Source: Eledone cirrhosa (Eukaryota). Taken from it: a DNA stretch of 64,000 bases. The stretch spans positions 19,158,001-19,222,000 of the forward strand of contig OZ024765.1 in the NCBI GenBank assembly GCA_964016885.1, in the 5' to 3' direction. Of the stretch, positions 57,762-64,000 are shown piece after piece. The translations under genes and the position numbers were made by a program. The notes beneath the pieces were generated by a model that saw nothing but the letters and a program-made list of their open reading frames with translations, was not told the DNA's origin and did no database searches. The stretch's first letter is position 1. Every line of letters begins with the position of its first letter.

Positions 57762-59222
57762 TTACGGAGTCGATAAAATAAAGTACCAGTAATGCACTGG
57801 GATAATTGCTGGCCTTGTGCCAAAAGTAGAAACAATTATTACGGGGTCGATAAAATAAAGTACCAGTAATACACTGGGATAATTGCTGGCCTTGCGCCAA
57901 AAGTAGAAACAATTATTACGGGGTCGATAAAATAAAGTACCAGTAATACACTGGGGTAATTGCTGGCCTTGTGCCAAAAGTAGAAACAATTATTACGGGG
58001 TCGATAAAATAAAGTACCAGTAATACACTGGGATAATTGCTGGCCTTGCGCCAAAAGTAGAAACAATTATTACGGGGTCGATAAAATAAAGTACCAGTAA
58101 TACACTGGGTAATTGCTGGCCTTGTGCCAAAAGTAGAAACAATTATTACGGGGTCGATAAAATAAAGTACCAGTAATACACTGAGTAATTGCTGGCCTTG
58201 CGCCAAAAGTAGAAACAATTATTACGGGGTCGATAAAATAAAGTACCAGTAATACACTGGGTAATTGCTGGCTTTGTGCCAAAAGTAGAAACAATTATTA
58301 CGGGGTCGATAAAATAAAGTACCAATAATACACTGGGATAATTGCTGGCCTTGTGCCAAAAGTAGAAACAATTATTACGGGATCGATAAAATAAAGTACC
58401 AGTAATACACTGGGATAATTGCTGGCCTTGCGCCAAAAGTAGAAACAATTATTACGGGGTCGATAAAATAAAGTACCAGTAATACACTGGGTAATTGCTG
58501 GCCTTGCGCCAAAAGTAGAAACAATTATTACGGGGTCGATAAAATAAAGTACCAGTAATACACTAGGATAATTGCTGGCCTTGTGCCAAAAGTAGAAACA
58601 ATTATTACGGGGTCGATAAAATAAAGTACCAGTAATGCACTGGGATAATTGCTGGCCTTGTGCCAAAAGTAGAAACAATTATTACGGGGTCGATAAAATA
58701 AAGTACCAGTAATACACTGGGATAATTGCTGGCCTTGTGCCAAAAGTAGAAACAATTATTACGGGGTCGATAAAATAAAGTACCAGTAATACACTGGGAT
58801 AATTGCTGGCCTTGTGCTAAAAGTAGAAACAATTATTACGGGGTCGATAAAATAAAGTACCAGTAATACACTGGGATAATTGCTGGCCTTGCGCCAAAAG
58901 TAGAAACAATTATTACGGGGTTGATAAAATAAAGTACCAGTAATGCACTGGGATAATTGCTGGCCTTGTGCCAAAAGTAGAAACAATTATTACGGGGTCG
59001 ATAAAATAAAGTACCAGTAATACACTGGGATAATTGCTGGCCTTGCGCCAAAAGTAGAAACAATTATTACGGGGTCGATAAAATAAAGTACCAGTAATAC
59101 ACTGGGATAATTGCTGGCCTTGCGCCAAAAGTAGAAACAATTATTACGGGGTCGATAAAATAAAGTACCAGTAATACACTGGTTAATTGCTGGCCTTGTG
59201 CCAAAAGTAGAAACAATTATAT
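57762..59222 (+). repeat. 76-77-bp tandem of a SINE 3' half, about 19 copies
   Basis: TTACGGGGTCGATAAAATAAAGTACC...GTAGAAACAATTA units. Confidence 0.96.
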
Positions 59223-59606
59223 TAAATAACAAGTAGTGAATTAGCAGACTTTTTTACTATTCATTTCAGCTCTCTGAGTTCAAATTCCACATAGGCCAAC
59301 TTTGCCTTTCATCCATTCCAAGGTGATTAAAATGAAGTACCAGTCAAGTACTGGGGTTCATTCTTCCTCTCTGTCTCTTCCTCACTTCCTGTGATGTTTA
59401 GATATCTTTCTTAAAGAGATCCCCTTCTCTAATAATCTATGTGCTTTTAATATCTTTGAAGGTAGAAAAAGGATGTAAAATTATGTGTTACCTTTAGTTA
59501 CCAATCTGGCCAAAACCAGCTCGGCATCTAGGAAACAATCCTCCATTTTAAAGCTTTCCAATTTAAATAAAAATCTTCCAACATAATTTTATATAAGAAA
59601 GTTACG

Positions 59607-61274
59607 TTAACCATTTAGCATTTACATTACTCTATATATACTATTGTATTTTCACAGTAAAGACTTTACCTCACATAATATCTCACATAACATTTACATT
59701 ACTCTATATATACTATTGTATTTTCACAGTAAAGGCTTTACCTCACATAATACCTCACATAACATTTACATTACTCTATATATACTATTGTATTGTCACA
59801 GTAAAGGCTTTACCTCACATAATATCTCACATAACATTTACATTACTCTATATATACTATTGTATTTTCACAGTAAAGGCTTTACCTCACATAATACCTC
59901 ACATAACATTTACATTACTCTATATATACTATTGCATTTTCACAGTAAAGGCTTTACCTCACATAATACCTCACATAACATTTACATTACTCTATATATT
60001 CTATTATATTTTCACAGTAAAGGCTTTACCTCACATAATATCTCACATAACATTTACATTACTCTATATATACTATTGTATTTTCACAGTAAAGACTTTA
60101 CCTCACATAATATCTCACATAACATTTACATTACTCTATATATACTATTGTATTTTCACAGTAAAGACTTTACCTCACATAATACCTCACATAACATTTA
60201 CATTACTCTATATATACTATTGCATTTTCACAGTAAAGGCTTTACCTCACATAATACCTCACATAACATTTACATTACTCTATATATTCTATTATATTTT
60301 CACAGTAAAGGCTTTACCTCACATAATATCTCACATAACATTTACATTACTCTATATATACTATTGTATTTTCACAGTAAAGACTTTACCTCACATAATA
60401 TCTCACATAACATTTACATTACTCTATATATACTATTGTATTTTCACAGTAATGGCTTTACCTCACATAATACCTCACATAACATTTACATTACTCTATA
60501 TATTCTATTATATTTTCACAGTAAAGGCTTTACCTCACATAATATCTCACATAACATTTACATTACTCTATATATACTATTGTATTTTCACAGTAAAGAC
60601 TTTACCTCACATAATATCTCACATAACATTTACATTACTCTATATATACTATTGTATTTTCACAGTAAAGGCTTTACCTCACATAATACCTCACATAACA
60701 TTTACATTACTCTATATATACTATTGTATTTTCACAGTAAAGACTTTACCTCACATAATATCCCACATAACATTTACATTACTCTATATATACTATTGTA
60801 TTTTCACAGTAAAGGCTTTACCTCACATAATACCTCACATAACATTTACATTACTCTATATATACTATTGTATTTTCACAGTAAAGGCTTTACCTCACAT
60901 AATACCTCACATAACATTTACATTACTCTATATATTCTATTATATTTTCACAGTAAAGGCTTTACCTCACATAATACCTCACATAACATTTACATTACTC
61001 TATATATACTATTGTATTTTCACAGTAAAGGCTTTACCTCACATAATATCTCACATAACATTTACATTACTCTATATATACTATTGTATTTTCACAGTAA
61101 AGGCTTTACCTCACATAATATCTCACATAACATTGAATCTATGAGATTTTGATATTATTTATTTTGAGAACAATATCTTAACATCAATATGAGTGACCAG
61201 TTATGGCCGGTTTAAACAGAAAGAGGTGAGAGAATTCTGGCCGGATACAGCCGGTTTAAATGCTAAAGGGGTAA
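59607..61274 (+). mobile_element. Same MITE carrying a 72-bp tandem array (about 59620-61132, about 21 copies)
   Basis: TTAA-CCATTTAGCATTTA ... TAAATGCTAAAGGG-GTAA. Confidence 0.8.
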
Positions 61275-62219
61275 GTTACTATTTTATTAATGAAATAATT
61301 AATAATTTTAATAAAACCTTCAAACTTTTTCATTAATTGAAACAGAGTGTATTTCATTAGAAATGCAGTCATGAAAGGGTTAATGTGTTTTATGAATATT
61401 TATGCTCAAATCTTAATATATTAATTCACTCCTTCTTCTTCCTCACATACATATTCCTGAGAGGGGCAGAGTCTTCAAACACTCCCTTCAGCAGGTCCTG
61501 TCAGAAGCAACCATCTCCCACTGATCTGGCTGGATCCCCAAGTGAGACCAGCCAAGCTTATGGATGTTATCCAACCATCTTGCTCATTGTCATCAACCCC
61601 TTGGGTCTCCTGCAGGTTGGTTTAACCCGTAAAATCTGTCCAGCGATTCTTTCCTGAGATACTCAAACCACATGCCCATAGGAATGGCAATCGGGTTTGA
61701 TACTCCCAATTTTCAAAAAAGTGAGACAAGCGAGATAGTTCCAATTATGATTCATTCCTATTTATTTTAAAGTCTAAAGTCTGTCGCAAGCCCAGAGGTT
61801 CACCAGGCCATTGCTTCTCCCAGTTTCCATGGTGTTAAGCAACAGAGAGTACAAAACTTCCCTCCAGACAGGACATCAGCCCATAGCAGGTTAAAGTTTC
61901 TCTCAAACCTAGGGTCTCATCAAGTCTGTTCTTATCCTGGTTTCCATGGCATTAAACAACTGAGAATACAAGTCCATTGCAGGGTTAAACTCCCAGCTAC
62001 AGCTGGTACTCATTTTTAGCTGATTATGTTCATTTTCCTGGCGTTTGTACATTACCATATGTACTATACATACACTTTTAATGAGTTGTAGTGCACCTGA
62101 GCACTGTACACAATATTTTCATTATCATTATACTGGAGCAACGTGAAATGAAGTGTTGTATATTTATGTCATCTTTATAAAGATGGCGTAAAAATACAAC
62201 AGGAGGAACATAATAGTAC

Positions 62220-62257
62220 CACTGATGATGTTGCAGATGTGCAACGAAAGAACTTTG
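62220..62257 (+). ncRNA. Minimal hammerhead in Penelope pLTR
   Basis: CTGATGA-t[gttgca/tgcaac]-GAAA-GaaC-TT; compensatory stem II changes relative to 21043 and 45209. Confidence 0.72.
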
Positions 62258-62644
62258 TTAGACTATATATATGTGTTTGTGTCTATATTATATCTGTATT
62301 TTTGACCATTGGTCAGTCAATGGTAAACATTGAGGACTGAATAAATTAACTGATATAAAAGATACAGAAGCGAAAACCAACCAAACATAGTATGGCAACA
62401 CTCATCTTTTTCCATTTCTCCGAGGGTTATAAACCCACTATCAGGCTAGAAATTTCTTTAGTCTAAAATAATTTCAAACTCGCGCACCGTTTCAAAATCA
62501 TACTTACATGTTTACGTTTATAATTTGCTTGTATATATACATATATATATATATATACGTAGGTCCCGGGTTGAGTCGGGGATAACCACAGTAAGTAAGG
62601 TACTCAATACATGGCAGAGTAACATTTTTTTATTTTATAGAAGG

Positions 62645-62742
62645 AGCTTCTACAGGACTAGTACTGTTTCATTCAGATGAAATCTTCAGGAAGCTTCCTG
62701 AAGATTTCATCTGAATGAAACAGTACTAGTCCTGTAGAAGCT
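62645..62742. ncRNA. Two back-to-back type I hammerheads (- strand 62645-62695, + strand 62692-62742)
   Basis: AGCTTC-CTGAAGA-t[ttca/tgaa]t-GAAA-CAG tactagtc CTG-TA-GAAGCT inside a perfect 120-bp palindrome. Confidence 0.78.
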
Positions 62743-62747
62743 CCTTC

Positions 62748-62789
<42 letters not shown>

Positions 62790-63160
62790 ACAAATATATC
62801 AATATGCCCAGACATGTAGATATATTGCCCTTGGTATGACAGTGTGGTTTTAGCTCAATGTAGGATAAAACAATGTATTTCTAAGCACTCTTTGGTTATT
62901 CCTATAACTATATATATATAGGTATATATATGTGTATATATATATATATATATATGTGTGTATATATATATATATATTTATATGTGTATATATATATATA
63001 TTTCTATATTCGTTTTTCGTTTTCATTTTTTTTTCAACTTATCGTTTTCGGTATGCCTGACCGATTTAACTCACTCAATATGCAAATTAGGCTGCTCAGC
63101 CGTTAATTTTCATAAGGAAAGTATATACTTTCGAACGTTCAACTATCTGGCAGATGGGTA

Positions 63161-63205
63161 AACGGTGCTGATGATAGCTAACAAGCTTGAAACTAGTACA
63201 TCGTT
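63161..63205 (+). ncRNA. Minimal type I hammerhead
   Basis: aacggtg-CTGATGA-t[agct/agct]t-GAAA-CtaG-TA-catcgtt; 7-bp stem I, palindromic loop 3. Confidence 0.85.
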
Positions 63206-63359
63206 CCTGTGTCAGTGTTGAACAAAAAGGTGACGTGGTTGCCTTAACACCGTATGGCATAAATTCAGGCTGTTCAGTTTGTTGACAAACGAACAAAGCA
63301 AGCGCTATAATAAGCGTCTGCTAAACTGATGCGTGCATATATGTATGTGTACCTGCATG

Positions 63360-63402
<43 letters not shown>

Positions 63403-63526
63403 GCTACTGTACGTCTGTATACATATATGTATGTACGTATACATACATACTTACATTTAAGTAAGTGCCATACTAAGAGTGAGAAATGAAATTTCGTTTT
63501 TCGTTTTCATTTTTTTTTCAACTTAT

Positions 63527-64000
63527 ATCATCATCATCATCATCATCACCGTTTTACGTCCGTTCTTCCACGCTAGCATGGGTTAGACGGGTTGTCCTGT
63601 TGTGGGCAGTGTCTGGTCGGCTGACCATGCCTTGCTCATACAGGAACTGATCTGGCTTGATTTCTACAGCTGGATGCCCTTCCTAACACCAACCTCATTT
63701 ACAGTGAGTGCTGGGTGCTTTTTCGTGGCGCCTACACGTCCACTTTACAGTGTGGGCTGGGTGCTTTTTTGCCGTGGCACCTCCACGACCACCTTGCGGT
63801 GGGGGGGGGGCATATTGTTTATATGCTTCAGCATGTACCCATGGGAGGTCGGGTACCCTGTATTACTGCGTGACGCCAGAAGTCACGGTCGTGTGTCATT
63901 GACTTTGAGAGGTGTAGTTGGGTAAGGTCGGCTTTTATCACCTCATCCCAAGTCATCTTGGGTCTCCCCACTCCGCGGTTTCCATCAACTTCTAGTGCTC
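63527..64000 (-). mobile_element. RTE LINE 3' end (continues beyond window)
   Basis: GRPKMTWDEVIKADL ORF end, UTR and (GAT)n tail. Confidence 0.88.

Noticed and set aside
59455-59535. Possible upstream HGSNAT exon (tag...gtaac on -)
   Set aside because: The phase does not fit the 55495 exon without a stop, and there is no recognisable similarity. No upstream exon was found in 55496-64000.
59644-61152. 502-aa ORF with 24-aa repeats
   Set aside because: 72-bp tandem inside a MITE.
62400-62460. CTGATAG...GAGAAA hairpin on - (also at about 56630-56680) as a ribozyme
   Set aside because: Core boxes deviate and stems I/III are absent; it is probably the distal part of a pLTR.

Overview
AT-rich, microsatellite-saturated animal DNA. 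The SINE families point to a coleoid cephalopod, probably an octopod (inference). The only host gene found is HGSNAT (heparan-alpha-glucosaminide N-acetyltransferase) on the minus strand. Ten GT-AG exons (55495 down to 12) splice into one open frame; the first and last exons are not in the window. The rest is intronic or repeat DNA: RTE, R4/Dong, Tx1 and CRE LINE fragments, CORE-type and other tRNA-SINEs, piggyBac-type MITEs, and minisatellites amplified from pieces of those elements. The main hidden signal is a swarm of short Penelope-like (pLTR/retrozyme-like) elements, mostly sitting in (TA)n tracts. They carry at least 15 readable minimal type I hammerhead ribozymes (HHRs) from several unrelated families. 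Many form fold-backs with a ribozyme on each strand, and one family has a non-canonical CAGAAGA core. Several families share a second covarying bulged hairpin (RCTC-stem-loop-stem-2 nt bulge-GAGY) 3' of the ribozyme, which I do not recognise as a described element. All RNA structures were read by eye and are untested.
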